Source of the DNA: Eledone cirrhosa
Lineage: Eukaryota
Length of the DNA stretch: 63,412 bases
Assembly (NCBI GenBank): GCA_964016885.1
Contig: CAXHJY010001650.1
Coordinates: 1 to 63,412 of the forward strand
Direction: 5' to 3'
Shown: piece after piece, positions 40,091 to 60,107 of the stretch
Layout: each line of letters begins with the position of its first letter
Numbering within the stretch: position 1 is the stretch's first letter
Program-made: the position numbers and the translations under genes
Notes under the pieces: generated by a model
Told to the model about the DNA's origin: nothing
What the model saw: the letters and a program-made list of their open reading frames with translations, nothing else
Database searches by the model: none

Positions 40091-42400
<2,310 letters not shown>

Positions 42401-42419
42401 ATATATATGTCTATCTATA

Positions 42420-45400
42420 CAGCAGCGAAACTGTCAATAAAACCAATCACATCCACAACATACACCCTCTACCCTACGTACATGGGTAGAAGGACACAAA
42501 AAATAAAAATTCACACCATCCTTCCGATTATGGGCATATGGTGGGTATTGACAGGTTTCCTGGACCTAGACGATGACACACTAATATCCATGGGAAAGGC
42601 ATCGGGTGACGCGTTCAGTGGAACGGGCCTCGAACTTGTAGTTCAAATGAGGCCCGAAAGAATCGCCCAGATCCCTGAACGCGTCATACTGGATGAAACA
42701 AGCTTTTATCAACATTACCGCTGAGGGTAGGCGGCCTTCATGTCATCTCTGTGGAGCCAGAGGTCACCTGAGGGCTGTCTGTCCTCAACTTAAATAGAAA
42801 ACCCCAATCCTGCCTACACCACCAACAACTGCACAACCACCACAACCACCACTACAAAAACAACAACCACAGCTCAAACCAAAACAAAACACTGTCCAAC
42901 CCCTCGCCCCCCCCCCCCCCCCCCCCCCCATCCCTACACACACGAAAAAAAAAACAATTTCCAAAACACCCGTACCGCAAACACAATCCGAAAATCTACC
43001 CCTCCCCTCCAACGCGAAAGATGACCCTCGTTCGTCGTCCGACGAGGAGGAGCACTTCCACACAATCAAAAGAAAAAAAAGAAAACACACCTCAGACACA
43101 CAAATGAAAACTACCCCTCCCCAAAACATAACACAGACACCAACACAAAAGAGCACACAACAACAGCAAACAAAAAAAAACACCACACAAAAACAGAAAC
43201 ATGCATACACATACATAAACACAAGAAATAAAAAAACTGTTAAACATTGTGTAGAACAACAATTTAGTAAAAGCCCAAGGGCTTAACTTCACCCAAGCAG
43301 GGGATTTCCCCCACCTCAAAAATGATTAAGGCCCCAGAGGACACATATAAAACACTAAAAAAACAACTTTTAAAGAGGGCGTTGCAAGCAATGCTTCTAA
43401 ATGACCTCAGGTCACAACGTATAGATGTGATGGTTATTTGCGAGGCCCGAATCAGCAACGTGCGACAGCTGGCCCCCACCTTTGATGACTTTGAGATGCA
43501 CGCATCTCTCTGTCAGCCCGGAGGTGGGAGTGGAGTTGTCGTTCTGCTGCAAAAACATCTGCGTCTCGCAACATAGACGGGACATTTGGACCCGGAGGGT
43601 CGACTAGTGGTTCTGGACCTTGGCAGTGGTGAAGGCGGAGCGTTTAGGCTGGTAGCCGTCTTCGGCCCTTTCGAGTCAACGCGGCCGGACTTCTTCCATC
43701 GTCTGGAGACTTTTCTAGCTCCTTGCTATTAGTGGGGGACTGGAATTGTATCCTAGATGCACGTTGGGACTACATAGGGGCCTGTCCCGATAGAGAGGGG
43801 GTGTAACAGCCTCAAAGGGTTAATCGGTCGATTTCACCTGGCCGATAGATATCGACTAGATTTTCCGAGTGCGCCAACCTGGACTTGGGCAAACCGCAAC
43901 GGATCATCTAGGTCGTACCTAGATAGGTTCTTAGTTAGAAATAAGGATAAGGACTTTTTAAGTTGTCCAAAAATGCTCATGGTTGGCTATTCAGACCACA
44001 AGTTAGTGACCTGCATGGTCAACCTTGACAGAACGCATAGACAGGGACCCGGTTACTGGAAGCTCAACTTGTCCTTACCGGCAAGTAAGGCTTACAGGGA
44101 CCGGATTAACACTTTAGTTAAGGAGCGGTTGACGGGCGCCATCGTCAACAGCACGTGGTGGGGATCTCCAATAGAGTAGTCTCTATAGAATTTAGTAAGG
44201 AGTTAGCCTCAAATAGAAATAGGAAGGAAAGGGAGTTGGTAGATAGTGTAGAAGAGGCAATTAGAAGCGGCGAAGTGGCCAGAGTGCTAGCGTAGAGAAC
44301 GGCCCTGGGCCAGTTCTTCGACGCGAAACACGAAGGCTGCATCGTCCGAAGCAAAATACGTGCTCTGGGAAACGAGGGGGACCAAAACTGTTAGTTGGGC
44401 CCGCGTGACAGAAGCCAAAAGAGGGAGTAGATGCACTATCTGGTCTTTGCGAGACCAGGATAGACGGGGGATCCTTGAACCTAAGCAGATGTGCGAGGCT
44501 TTTCAAAAGCACTTTGCCAGATTGTTCGGAAGGGGCGAGGAACCGGTTGGGGAAGTGGACTTCGGTCCATACCTCGACGGCCTGCCGCGCCTCTCGGACA
44601 GGGAGGCGAAGTCCTGCGAGGAGCCGATTTCAGCCGCTGAGATAGAGGACGTGCTGAGCCAATGCGGCAAACGCCAAATCCCCGGGTCTCGATGGTCTTC
44701 CATACGAATTATATCTAGCTATGCCGGACTTGTTCCCCGATTTCCTTGAGGTGGTCTACTGCAGCTGGCAACATAACGGAGAATTCCCTGTGCTGTGACC
44801 AAGGGTGTAGTCACGCTAGTGAGGAAGGACGAGAACAAGGGGGACGATATAAATAATTTCAGGCCCATAACTCTGCTAAATACAGAGTTACAGATTTTGG
44901 CCAAGGTGCTAGCAAAGAGGTTGGCGCTTGTCTTGAGAAACCTGGTGGGAGATGCGCAGACATGTGCTATCCCGTCCAGGCCATCCACGACAACCTCCAC
45001 CTCATGCGATACATCATAGAGAGGGTTGGGAACGAACCCGCTTTGGTGGGGCCCTGATCAACTTGGATCAATCTAATGCGTTCGATAGGGTCGACCATGG
45101 TTACCTGGAGGCGGTGCTAACGGCCGCAGGTTTCGGACCTGTTTTCAGGGGCTGGATCACTGCCATGCACAGCAGCCGCATCTGCTCTAGGGTCAAGGTG
45201 AACGGCTACCTCTCGGAGCCGTTCGAAATCGCGCGCGCTCCATCCGACAAGGGTGCCCGCTCTTCTCCTCCCTCTGTATGTAGTGACTCTAGAGCCACTG
45301 CTGCGGAAGTTGGAGTTGTTGCAGGGCATCCCGTTAGAACCGGGATTGCGGAAAGCGGTGTCGGCCTACGCCGACGACATAACAGTGATGGTGTCGACGG

Positions 45401-47022
45401 CCTCGGAAATCGGCGCGATCGGCACCTTACTGGAGGAGTACGAAAGGTTTACAGGGACGAAGCTGAACCGGGACAAGTCGATCGGTTTGCAACTCGGCTC
45501 GTGGAGGGGGCAGATCGATGCCCTCCGATGGCGTCGTCGGGCGCTGGACGGAGGGCCCGGTGAAGTTGCTCGGGGTCTGGTTCGGACCAGACCTCCAGGT
45601 GGAGAAGAACTGGGGTGAGGTAACGAACAGGTGTTTGCACTGACCCAGAAGTGGGCCGAGTGCAAACTGTCCCTGAAAGGTCGGGCGGAGGTGGCGAACA
45701 CTTATATAGCGTCCGTCATCCACAACCGCATGACCGTCGTGTCTTGCCCAAGGGAAACGCTCGCCAAAATGGAGCGCGCACTCTTCCAATTCCTTTGGAA
45801 GAAGCGGGCTCCTATGGTGAGGAGATCCATCTGCTGTCAACACCCTTCGAAAGGAGGGCTGTGGATGCCGTGGCTAATGATACGTAAACACGCATTAAGG
45901 CTACGGCACCTCCAGGTATTCCTCACCGGTCAACCGGTGTGGGCCCCGTTTGTGAGGCGAGCCTTTTCCAGACTCGTCTCGCTCACCGAGTTGCAATCCT
46001 GGGTCAAGCAAAGACCGAGAAAACTGGGCGCCTGGCACACCGAGTGTGCCCACGTTCTCACGGCTCTCTGGCAGACGGACCCGGCTGTCAGTGGAGAATC
46101 CACCTCGTCATTCTATAGAGGGGCTGGTGGTTAGCAGGTGCGACGACGCCCTCGGAGAAGCCCTAGGCATGGAGGAAGACGAACTGGTCAACCTGTTCGG
46201 TAGGACATTCAGCCCGGGACCCATGGATAACTTCCAGAGGTCCCTGGCCTGGCAGTGCTACCGAGGGGCTCTGCCCGTTCGAGAAAGGATCTACAGACAC
46301 GGGCGCCCGGGTAGGGACCCCTCGAAAAAGATCTATCCCAGATGCGTATGCGACGAGGAAACCGTTGCACACGCATTGGTACACTGCTCGGGCATTGCCG
46401 ATCTGTAGGGGTTATGTCGAACAACTGCTGTAAAGGGTGGGACCGATCGGTTGGACCACCGAATCGATTGTAACCATCAAGCCGCCTCCCTCTTCAAATA
46501 CGAAAAGAGGCGGTGTTTCTGGTGCGTAATAGCCATGGCGAAAGAGGTTGTATGGTGGACGCGTCCGAAAGGACTGAAGTCAGACACCTTTCTCTCTGGC
46601 CAACAACTGGTCCGTTTCTTCCGATATCATTTCGGAAGAAGGATCAGGATGGAGAGAGAGGTGCTGCACCCCAGCCGTTTTTATGAAAGATGGGTGAAAG
46701 TGGCGAGAATGGCCCGTGTGAATTGGCCTTCACTCTACATCAGACTATAGGTGAGGAAGATGAAAGATCAAGGGAGCACCCCCTCTCTGTGCTCCTGAGG
46801 AGAAGGGTTGCACACTTTCTCGGGGGGGGGGGGAGACCCCCCCAAAGGCGCCTCCGCCCTATTGAGGATGTTGTTATTCAATTTATTTTTGTTATATTTT
46901 ATATTTTATATTTTTATATTTTGTTATTGCCTCCTCCTTATTGAAGACGCCTTTTTATGTAAACTCGCCCCATTGTACTTGTCCCACTCTTTGATGCCCT
47001 GGTGGCAAATAAAAAGAAAGTT
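42420..47022 (+). mobile_element. Tx1/L1-clade non-LTR retrotransposon, decayed and 5'-truncated in ORF1
   Basis: ORF1 CCHC knuckle CHLCGARGHLRAVC (42741-42782). ORF2 has APE, RT and C-terminal zinc-motif remnants. AATAAA at 47008; TCTA/TATC at both junctions. Confidence 0.9.
43322..46750 (+). pseudogene. Disrupted ORF2 (AP endonuclease + reverse transcriptase) of the Tx1-like LINE
   Basis: GDWNCILD, YSDHKLV, GPGYWKLN, FRPITLLNTE, AFDRVDH, AYADDITV and EETVAHALVHC lie in shifting frames with stops. Confidence 0.9.
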
Positions 47023-47052
47023 ATCTATATATGTATATATATATATATATAT

Positions 47053-47267
47053 AAAGAGAAAGAGAGGAAGGGGGTACTCATTCTTCGTACTGCTGGAGAT
47101 GAGGGTTGCACATTTTTTCGGGGGTATATGTTATTCATATGTAATGTCTCCCCCTATTGGGGAAAATCAACTAGTTTTTAAATTGCATTTGTGATAATAT
47201 TTTACACGTTTATATTGTATGTAATCTTCCCCTTCTTTTGTGCCCCTGTGGCTAATAAAGAAACATA
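47053..47267 (+). mobile_element. Additional Tx1-family 3'UTR
   Basis: Homologous to the reverse complement of ~10263-10750; ends AATAAAGAAACATATC. Confidence 0.75.
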
Positions 47268-47477
47268 TCATCTCTCCCGGTGATTTTGGATGGCCATTGA
47301 CTCTTAAGAGCTCCTTTGCCCTTTGACAGGTTTTGTTTTTAGTCCTGCAGTATGTCCAAAGTCACCCTCCTCACCAAGAAACCTTGGTGGGGTTGCCAGT
47401 TTAGTCGCCAATGACCCGACCATGAGACAGGTTGTACTGGGATACATGTTACCAGTAGCACCAACTGGTGACCTGAC
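47268..47477 (-). mobile_element. 5' portion of the bipartite RTE derivative
   Basis: Near-identical to 25296-25505. Confidence 0.8.
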
Positions 47478-48193
47478 ATATATACATATATATACATATA
47501 TATACATACATATATATATATATATATACATACATATATATATACATACATATATACATATATACATACATACATATATACATACATACATATATACATA
47601 CATACATATATACATACATATATATATACATACATTATATATACATACATTATATATACATACATTATATATACATACATTATATATACATATATATATA
47701 CATACATACATATATACATATATATATATACATACATATATATATACATACATATATATATACATACATATATATATACATACATATATATATACATACA
47801 TATATATATACATACATATATATATACATACATATATATATACATACATATATATATACATACATACATATATACATACATATATATATACATACATACA
47901 TAATATATACATACATACATACATATATACATACATACATATATACATACATATATATATACATACCATATATATATACATACATATATATATAATACAT
48001 ATATACATATATATACATACATATATATATACATACATACATATATAAATACATACATATACATATATATATATACATATACATATATATATACATACAT
48101 ATATATATACATACATATACATATATATATACATACATTATACATAAATATATATACATATATATATATATACATACATATATACATACATAC

Positions 48194-51100
48194 AACTGGA
48201 AAAAAACATTCGAGCTATCACCCAGCACCACCCTCCACTTATCACCCCACTGCACAAACTCCCATTTAACAACACACCAAAACAATTAAAACCATCCACT
48301 CTCGCCTCTACATTTTTGCTTAACGCCCAAGGCATCAGCCCTTCCACCAATACTCAAAAATGGAAGATCAAATTCCTGGAGGACTGGATTGATGTCCATC
48401 CAAACCACATCCCTTTCTTCGTCCTCACTGAAACCCATCTCAGTAACCTCCACTTGGAAGCCGAGGTGAAAGTGAAAAATTTCAAAGCCATCCGTGCTGA
48501 TCGCGCTGGCAGAAGAAAGGGCGAACTGCCATTTATGTCCATAATTCTTTCTCAACAGAGGCTATGAACATATTCACTAATGGATACTGTGAAGCAGTCA
48601 CTGTATTCAGTCAAACCAACAACCTATTAGTAGTTGGGCTCTATAGGCACCCCAAACGCCTGTACCATGCTTCAAGGAATGCCTCAACAGCATAAAGTGT
48701 TTCATCCAAGAGTGTCACCCTGACAACATCTTAATGATGGGGGGACTTCAACCTCCCCGGAGTTGACTGGTCCACAAACACCCTGCCACCAGGTTCTTTC
48801 TGCCTCAACCTCTGACAGGGAAGCTGTGGAATCGCTTCTTGACTTCATGGATGATTTCTTCCCTATCCAACTAGTGCTCGAACCAACGAGGTGCCACAAA
48901 AACGTCCTAGACTTAATTTTCAGCAATCACACTGACAATATCCACAATATTGCAGTGGAGAAAACTCTACTCTCTGATCATGACATGGTTCTCTGTGATC
49001 TGAGATTCCACCGTCCAATAATACAAACCCAATGTCATTTCTCCTGCCCATTCGTTTGACGCTATGGATTTCCACAATGCAAACTGGGAAGCGATCAGTC
49101 ATGATCTTGCACATGTCGACTGGTCCTTCACGCACACTCATACACCCACTAACATCAAAAAGTCCTGGCAGACATTTGTGGACACTGTTACAAACATATG
49201 TGCTAAACACACCCCATTAAGAACTATAACAAATCTAAGAGCAGAATCCCTAGAAATAGAAAAAACGCTCATCAGAAAAATTAAGAGAACGAACAAAAAA
49301 ATCAACAATCTGAAATACTGTCAGCAGCAACACATCAACTTGACTGCCATTTCATCACTAGAGATTAAAAAACATAACCTCCAAAACAACATAATGTCCC
49401 TCATCAACAATCAGAGAAGAGCTGAAGAGGCCTGGGCCATTGAGAAGATCAAACTCAATCCCAAAGTGTTCTTTTCATTTGCAAAAAAACACAAAATCAC
49501 TGGCTCTACTGTTGCCCTCTAATTGATGAAAATGGCACTCTTCAAGACAATGCTAAAACCATGGGTGAGATACTGCAGAAACAATACTGCTCTGTTTTCA
49601 GCAATCCTGATATGGCCGATCTGGGCTGTATCGGCGATGTTACTCCCCATTACACCTTATCGGACATAACGTTTGGCGCCCCTGATGTCTTGGCGGCAAT
49701 AAAGGAAATCAAGCATAATTCAGCAGTAGGTCCCGATAGGTTCCCTGCTTGTGTCTTGAAGGCGTGTCAACACCAACTTGCTTCTCCTCTTGCCAATCTG
49801 TGGCGGAACTCACTGGATGCTGGATATGTGCCAGAAAACCTTCTATCCCAGTCTGTTGTCCCAGTTTTCAAAAAGGGAAACAAATCCCTTGCCGTGAATT
49901 ACCGTCCAATCTCACTCACCTCTCATATCATTAAGGTATTTGAGCGAGTGGTGAGATCGCGAATGACCCACTTCCTTGAGAGTAACAATATGCTGAACTC
50001 CAACCAGCATGGATTCCGTAATGGAAGGGATTGCCTGACGCAACTACTGCATCACTTTGATGACATTTTGAGAGCCTTGGGAGAGGGTTCCAACACTGAT
50101 GTTATCTACCTTGATTTCAGCAAGGCCTTTGACAGGGTTGATCATAACATTCTACTGAGAAAGCTGTCCAATATTGGTGTCACTGGAAAGCTGCTGCAGT
50201 GGATCAAGAGCTTCCTGTCAAACAGAACCCAACATGTTGTAGTTGAGGGAGTCAAATCAAGCCCAGCCAAAGTCAGTAGTGGAGTCCCACAAGGCACTGT
50301 GTTGGGCCCACTTCTCTTCATCATCTATATTAATGACATCACTGACATCATCAAACACAGCAACATTAAAATTTTCGCTGATGATTCCAAGCTCCAAAAG
50401 GTCATCAATGGCGTGGATGACCGGATAAGCCTTCAGTCAGACCTACTGGCTGTTACCCAATGGGCAGAAAAGAACAACATGTTACTGAACGAAGACAAAT
50501 TCGAACTGATCCACTTTGGAAAAGAGGATGCTCTGAAACTCCCGTACTCCCTTCCCTCCGGGGAAACTCTCGTGGCATCTAACAACATCAGAGACTTGGG
50601 AGTAACCGTGGACAGCAACATAAGCTGGACCACGCATATAAGCAGCAAAGTTGACATGGCCCGCAGAATGTGTTCCTGGATCCTCAGAACCTTCCAGTCG
50701 AGAGATTCCCGCACCATTATCCTTCTCTTCTCTACTTTCGCCCGACCACACCTTGAATACTGTTGTCCACTGTGGTCTCCCCACACGAAACAAAGTATCA
50801 TGAAACTTGAAGCTCCTCAAAGGGCAATCACGAAAAAGATAGATGGCATGTCAGACCTTGACTACTGGGGTCGATTGGAAAACCTGAAACTTTACTCACT
50901 CCAACGTCGCCGTGAGCGTTATATTATCTGCATGATGTGGAAAATGTTCCATCATCACTGCCCAAATGATGTTGGCATCGCCTTCAAGATACACCCAAGG
51001 CTTGGGCCCCGTGCTATCCGTCCCATTCAAAAATCTAAATCGCAACTCATAACAACAATACGGCACAATTATTTCACCTCAATCGGCCCTGCTCTCTTCA

Positions 51101-51348
51101 ACATCACACCAGGACACGTCAAAACAGAAACTGACCACACAAAATTCAAGAAGTCTTTGGACAAATTCCTCCAAGTAATCCCGGACAAACCACCCACACC
51201 CGGATATGTCTCCGCAAACAGTAATTCTCTTCTCGAATGGGCCATGGTGCCCAAATCCTGAATTGAAAGACTTCGCCAGGTGGTGCTATTAAGTTAGACA
51301 TGGCCTGGGCCAATACTGGCCAAAACATTTCAAAGTTATTCAAAGTTA
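48194..51348 (+). mobile_element. CR1-group LINE (ORF2 region and 3'UTR)
   Basis: Frameshifted APE domain (VLTETHL, GDFNLP, LDLIF, SDHDMV), RT ORF, short 3'UTR ending (TTCAAAGTTA)2; embedded in (TA/TACA)n. Confidence 0.9.
49561..51261 (+). CDS. Open RT portion of CR1-type ORF2 (566 aa; upstream part disrupted)
   Basis: [60 protein letters not shown]. Confidence 0.88.
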   Translation: MGEILQKQYCSVFSNPDMADLGCIGDVTPHYTLSDITFGAPDVLAAIKEIKHNSAVGPDRFPACVLKACQHQLASPLANLWRNSLDAGYVPENLLSQSVVPVFKKGNKSLAVNYRPISLTSHIIKVFERVVRSRMTHFLESNNMLNSNQHGFRNGRDCLTQLLHHFDDILRALGEGSNTDVIYLDFSKAFDRVDHNILLRKLSNIGVTGKLLQWIKSFLSNRTQHVVVEGVKSSPAKVSSGVPQGTVLGPLLFIIYINDITDIIKHSNIKIFADDSKLQKVINGVDDRISLQSDLLAVTQWAEKNNMLLNEDKFELIHFGKEDALKLPYSLPSGETLVASNNIRDLGVTVDSNISWTTHISSKVDMARRMCSWILRTFQSRDSRTIILLFSTFARPHLEYCCPLWSPHTKQSIMKLEAPQRAITKKIDGMSDLDYWGRLENLKLYSLQRRRERYIICMMWKMFHHHCPNDVGIAFKIHPRLGPRAIRPIQKSKSQLITTIRHNYFTSIGPALFNITPGHVKTETDHTKFKKSLDKFLQVIPDKPPTPGYVSANSNSLLEWAMVPKS

Positions 51349-54900
<3,552 letters not shown>

Positions 54901-55023
54901 TACATATATATGAATATCATATATATATACATATATATATATATATATTGTTTATATATAAGAGAGTGTATGTCTGTGTCTATATACATGTATATATTCG
55001 TGTGTACGTACGTATACACACAC

Positions 55024-55067
<44 letters not shown>

Positions 55068-55619
55068 ATGCATGCATGCACGCAACTATGTATAAATTTC
55101 GTTTATAAATATTTTGCGATAGAGTGGTGCAGCGGGAATTCCTGCAAGACATATTTAGACAAAGGCTGAACACAACAAATGATATAAGAATGGAATTATA
55201 AGCTATAGAATGGTGAGGCGTGAGAGGCATTTAGACATGGTGAGAAATTCAAACAGAACTCGAAATATATATAATAAACACGCCATGGAGACGAAGGTAT
55301 GACATTATGTTTAAAAAATCCACGTCGTAATTGCATATAGAGGTATGGTGTTGTTGTTGTGGTGGTGGTTGTTGCTATATTTTTTTCTGTTATAGCTTGT
55401 GTGTGAAATTTGGTACACAGAGGCTGTGCTGAAGCCCTTCGTATTTGAATACACACACACACACACACACTCACACACAGAGACTCGGCCAGCGAGCAAT
55501 GTAGCAACACCCTACTACGTCTGTCTCTCGGTCAAAAGCATACCACACACTTTTTTCCTCTTTGTTTGTTTGCTTAAAGCTTACCATCATTCCGTTGGTA
55601 TACATCTATTACGCAATTT

Positions 55620-55677
55620 ACACCCGATGAGGTCACCAGGATCTTACGCAACCCGGCCACTGAAATGTGTATAGTAT
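55620..55677 (+). ncRNA. Degenerate HHR, homologue of 27579-27636
   Basis: ACAC-CCGATGA-GGTCACCAGG..CCCGGCCACT-GAAA-TGTGTA-TA-GTAT. Confidence 0.55.
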
Positions 55678-55798
55678 TTACATTGATGAAAAAAAAATTA
55701 AAGAAATTCAACATATTTGGCCTCCTGACATTTCACTTTTTAATTTATATACATACATAGATAGATTGATGAAAAAAAAAATATATATATATATATAT

Positions 55799-56020
55799 AA
55801 CGAAGGAAATGTGGTAAGGAACCAGATGGACCATAACGCACCAAAGTACTCAATACTTAGGGTAGTAGAGTGGGTAATAGGAACGAGTAGGACCCCGACG
55901 GCTGAGCTCAAGCCGTTTCGACGGCTAATTCTGGACTAAAAATGTTTTGTTTTCTTTTTTTTTTAGTCCAGAATTAGCCGTCGAAACGGCTTGAGCTCAG
56001 CCGTCGGGGTCCTACTCGTT

Positions 56021-56022
<2 letters not shown>
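55799..56022 (-). mobile_element. Family A fold-back HHR element, copy 5
   Basis: Arms 55880-55937/55965-56022 with an A/T-rich filler spacer; tail on the left. Confidence 0.75.
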
Positions 56023-56067
<45 letters not shown>

Positions 56068-56069
<2 letters not shown>

Positions 56070-59000
56070 AAGGCGGGTAAAATTCCAGAGATCCATGGAC
56101 GAGTTCTCTCCAGCGGTCTCTGTCCCTCATTATCGCTGCCATGTCCTGCGTCTCCAACAGACCAGTGTCTGTCCTTAGGGCATCAACATACGTTAACCTT
56201 GGTCTTCCTCATCTAGTGTGTCCATGTAGGGGCTCCCAAAGGAGCACTGAGTGCAATGTCAACTCTGGATGTCGGTGAGCATGTCCAGCTAACCTCAGTC
56301 TCCTCTGTGTCACTTTTGAGCTGACTTTTGGGATGCTCCCATACAGCTCTGAGTTTTTCATCCTCAGTGTATACTGATTAATGTTCAGAGCCATCCTCAA
56401 CATTCTCGTGTAGCACCCATCCACCATCTGAGTGAATTTCTTGGTCAGTGTCCAAGTCTCAGACCCATACAGCAGCACAGACTCCACTACAGCAATGAAG
56501 AGGCGGACTTTCAGGTCTCTATGAAGGTCCGACTTCCACACCGATCTCAAGCTGTGGCACGCCGCCCAGGCCTTGTTCTTCCTCTCAACCACATCATCTT
56601 CTGTATTCCCAATCTTTGCTCCCAAATACAGGAAGCTCTCAACCAATTCTAGCGGCTTCCCGCCTACATTAGTGATCCCCTCTGGCTTCTCAACATTCTC
56701 TACCAGATATTTTGTTTTAGTCTCATTCATTCTCAGCCCCACACTCATCGACACAGTCTCAACCTCTCGCATCAAATCCTCTGCCTCCTTCACTGTATTT
56801 GTCACCAAAACTATGTCGTCGGCAAATTCAGCATCCGATACCTTTTTCGCCCTAACTCTCCTGCTCTGAGCCGGTGCTACAGTAAAGCCAGAGTCCTGGT
56901 GTTTCTCCAGTGCAAGGCGCATACAATAGTCCACTACGATGATAAAAAGGTAGGGAGCCAATGTATCACCCTGGAGCACTCCAGCCAGTATCTCAAAGAA
57001 CTCTGTCATCCCATCAGGTGTAATGACTTGGGCTTTGGTGTTGGTGTAGAGCAGTGATATCAGGTCCACTATCTTCTTGGGGATTCCATAAGCCTGTAAG
57101 ATCTTCATCAGGCAGTAACGGTCCACAGAATCAAAAGCCTTTCTAAAGTCAATGAAAACCATGACCGCAGGAAGGCACTTTGCTCTAGCTCCCTCTAATA
57201 TCCTCCTCAGCATCAGGATGTGACTGGTGGTTGATCTACCCTCTCTGAAGCCGTTCTGGTTGTCCCTGAGCTTATTCTCTATCTCAGGCTGGATCCTGTT
57301 AAGAATCATCCTGTTGAGGGTCTTTTCTACAAGTGACGTCAGTGAGATCCCCCTGTAGTTGTTGGTGTTAGAGAGATCTCCCTTCCTTGGCACTTGGACG
57401 ATGTTACTGATCCTCCACTGATTCGGGGCAACTCCCTTCTCCAGTGCCCCGTTACAGAACCCCAGGATGATATCATCAAAATCACACCTCTTCATCACCT
57501 CTGATGCCACTCCATCTTATCCATAAGCCTTGCCCTCCTTGATCCTCTTCTTGGCTCTCTGAAGCCCCTCTCTGGTGAGGGGCTCTGTCTCAACATCCAT
57601 TTCCTCAAACAGCCGCCTGATCTCCCCAGTGCTCTGGGCTGTAAATGGTGGCTCTCCTAGTAGGGTCCTAAAATGGTCTAGCCATTTCCTCTTCCTATCC
57701 TCGGGCGCCGTTCCCTGGATCTGACTCGAACACCTCTTCCTCCCTGTGATCTCGTTGATGATCATCCAGCTCTCCTTACATCCAGATCTGTCAACCGCTC
57801 TCTCCACACTTCTGATCTTCTCTATCAGTGCCTCCTCTCTGACCTCAGTGTTAGCAGTACAGAGTTCTTCCCTCATCACCTCCACAGTCTCCATCCTCTC
57901 CTCCGTAGGATCAGCATAGAATTGGTCCTTGGCAGCCTTCAGGTGTTCTCTGGCTGCACACACTTTTGGGTTTGCAGAGCTGACGTGCTTCCCTTTGTTC
58001 TTTTTCCTCGGCACCAGGGTTTCACTTGCTTCCGCCATTGCATTGGTGAAGTGTCCGTACCTCCTCGTCACACTCTCCTCAGTCCATCCAATCTCTCTCT
58101 CCTCTGACTCTCCACACAGAGCACTAAACCTGTTTCTCACTTCCACTGTGAACCTCTCCTGTAGCTTATCATCTTCCTTGAAAGCTCCCCAGTCATAGAT
58201 TGCTCTCCGGGGCCGAGCCTTGCTCTTTCTTAAGCTCACCCGGACCTCACTCATAACAAGCCGGTGGTCACTACCCAGTGTACTGAAATAGCTGTATGGT
58301 TCTGTGTTCAGAACACTATTCCGCCACTTTTTCCTCACCAGAATGAAATAAATCTGGGACTTGGACAGGTGCACATCTGAGATGTAGGTCCACATCTTCC
58401 CCAACCTTAGGTTGGTCGCCATCAAGTTCGCCTCCAGCAGGGTGTCTCTCAGTAGTCTTCGATTTCGGTTGGTGTTGTTATGGAAGTACCAGAAAGGATC
58501 TTCACTGCCCTCCTTACTCAGATGTGCATTGAAGTCCCCCAAAACAAGCAGGATATTATGTGCCTGAGTGGTGTTGACAGCTCTACACACCTCCTCATGG
58601 AACTCTTCCGCACTCACATCACTGTCCCCCTCGGTTGGACTATAGGCTGAGATGACTGTCAGTCTTGGTTTTCCATTGAAGGTCACCCTCAACACTCGCG
58701 GGGAGATAGGCATTATTTCCCTCACCAACAGATTGGTTCCTGCACTGAACACAAAACCCACTCCTCCTACTGCAGCATTTGTTGGGTTCTTCACTGCCGA
58801 TGTAGTGATGAGCTGGCTCCTCTTCCCGATCATCACACTCCTCACGGGCTCATCGTGTAGGATCCTGTGTTCTTGGATCGCAAGTATCTGTATACCACTC
58901 TCCTCAAACAGATGTCCCAACTCCTCTCTCTTCTCCAGTGTCCGAATAGTCCTCACATTCAAAGTGCCCATTTTGATGGCTCTTCTGCAGGACAAAACTG

Positions 59001-59146
59001 CATTCTTTATATGTCTCAGAGACAGCTGATCCATCATCCACTGGCCCTCTCTGTGGCTCTAAGCCAGCAGAGTCATAACGACCAGGCTGCTCCTTGACAG
59101 TGTAATTAGGGGCTCTAACCCTAATGCTGTTAGATCGACTCTCCAT
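56068..59146 (-). mobile_element. Near-full-length RTE-clade LINE, single APE-RT ORF with few lesions
   Basis: GTLNVRT, AIQEHR, GDFNAH, GSDHR, NYRGISL and EFADDI motifs. In-frame stops at 57517-57519 and 56209-56211; probable frameshift near 59040; terminal TAG abuts (TA)n. Confidence 0.93.
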
Positions 59147-59685
59147 ATTTCTTTTTAAATATATATATATAGATAGAGAGAGGGGGGGAGAATGTGAGAG
59201 GAGGGGGGATGTGAGATGAGGGGGGATGTGAGATGAGGGGGGAGAAGGTGAGAGGAGGGGGAGAGAGAGAGGAGGGGGAGAATGAGAGAGAGAGAGAGTG
59301 TGAGAGTGAAGGAGAGTGTGAGAGTGAAGGAGAGAGGGAGAGTGAAGGAGAGAGGGAGAGTGAAGGAGAAAGATGATACTAGCTAAGACCAGTAAAACCA
59401 TTATTTAACTTAAGTACTCAATGCACGGAGAGATGCAGAGTAGAAATAGAGATAGGTAAAATGCCAACACAATCTCAAACCGCTTGTGTGTGTTTGGTCG
59501 TTTTGGGAAACCTTTACAAGGCTGATGAATAAATCTCCGGATGACAAAATCAGGTGGCAGTAGGAAGAGATGGAATAGAGGAGGAACGGTCTAAATAGGA
59601 AAAATGAAATGAAAACTGAATATGAAGTTACCTTCGATTTATTAGACCCTATATTTTGGATGCCTAATCCTTCATCGTGTGTGTG

Positions 59686-59724
<39 letters not shown>

Positions 59725-59729
<5 letters not shown>

Positions 59730-59983
59730 TGCAGATTACAAGCCAGTAGAGATAAGGTTAGTGTGCTCAATGCATATAGATTTATAGGTTAATATGTTAT
59801 AAAGAATATTTTTTAGGCTCTGATGAAAATACTGACACACATTTATTTATTTTTAATGTACTAATATTCGATTTCCAAAACACCTACGTGCATTTTTACT
59901 GTGCAGTATTTGAAACAACTTGTCACCCATTAAATATACTTGTATTGATAAATCTTTGTTGTCTCTCAAGCATTTTAAATATT
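59725..59983 (+). mobile_element. pLTR-like element: HHR with 85-nt stem II (59816-59928) and an oppositely oriented tail
   Basis: CTGATGA-AAATACTG..CAGTATTT-GAAA-CAACTTG-TC; ATTAAA downstream; minus-strand TTGAGCAC at ~59763-59770. Confidence 0.6.
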
Positions 59984-60005
59984 ATATATATATAGTAATA
60001 ATACA

Positions 60006-60048
60006 AAGATCCCGTTAGGAGTGAAAGCAGCGATTCTTTGCTTAAACT
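60006..60048 (+). repeat. Third, 5'-eroded copy of the CAGAAGA-HHR family
   Basis: AGATCCCGTTAGGAGTGAAAGCAGCGATTCTTTGCTTAAACT. Confidence 0.6.
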
Positions 60049-60065
60049 TTAATCTGTTATTTGAA

Positions 60066-60107
<42 letters not shown>

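Noticed and set aside
59645-59679. Minus-strand ACGATGA-A-GGAT..ATCC-AAAA motif followed by AATAAA
   Set aside because: Probably a decayed HHR, but both core halves are mutated, so it is not called.
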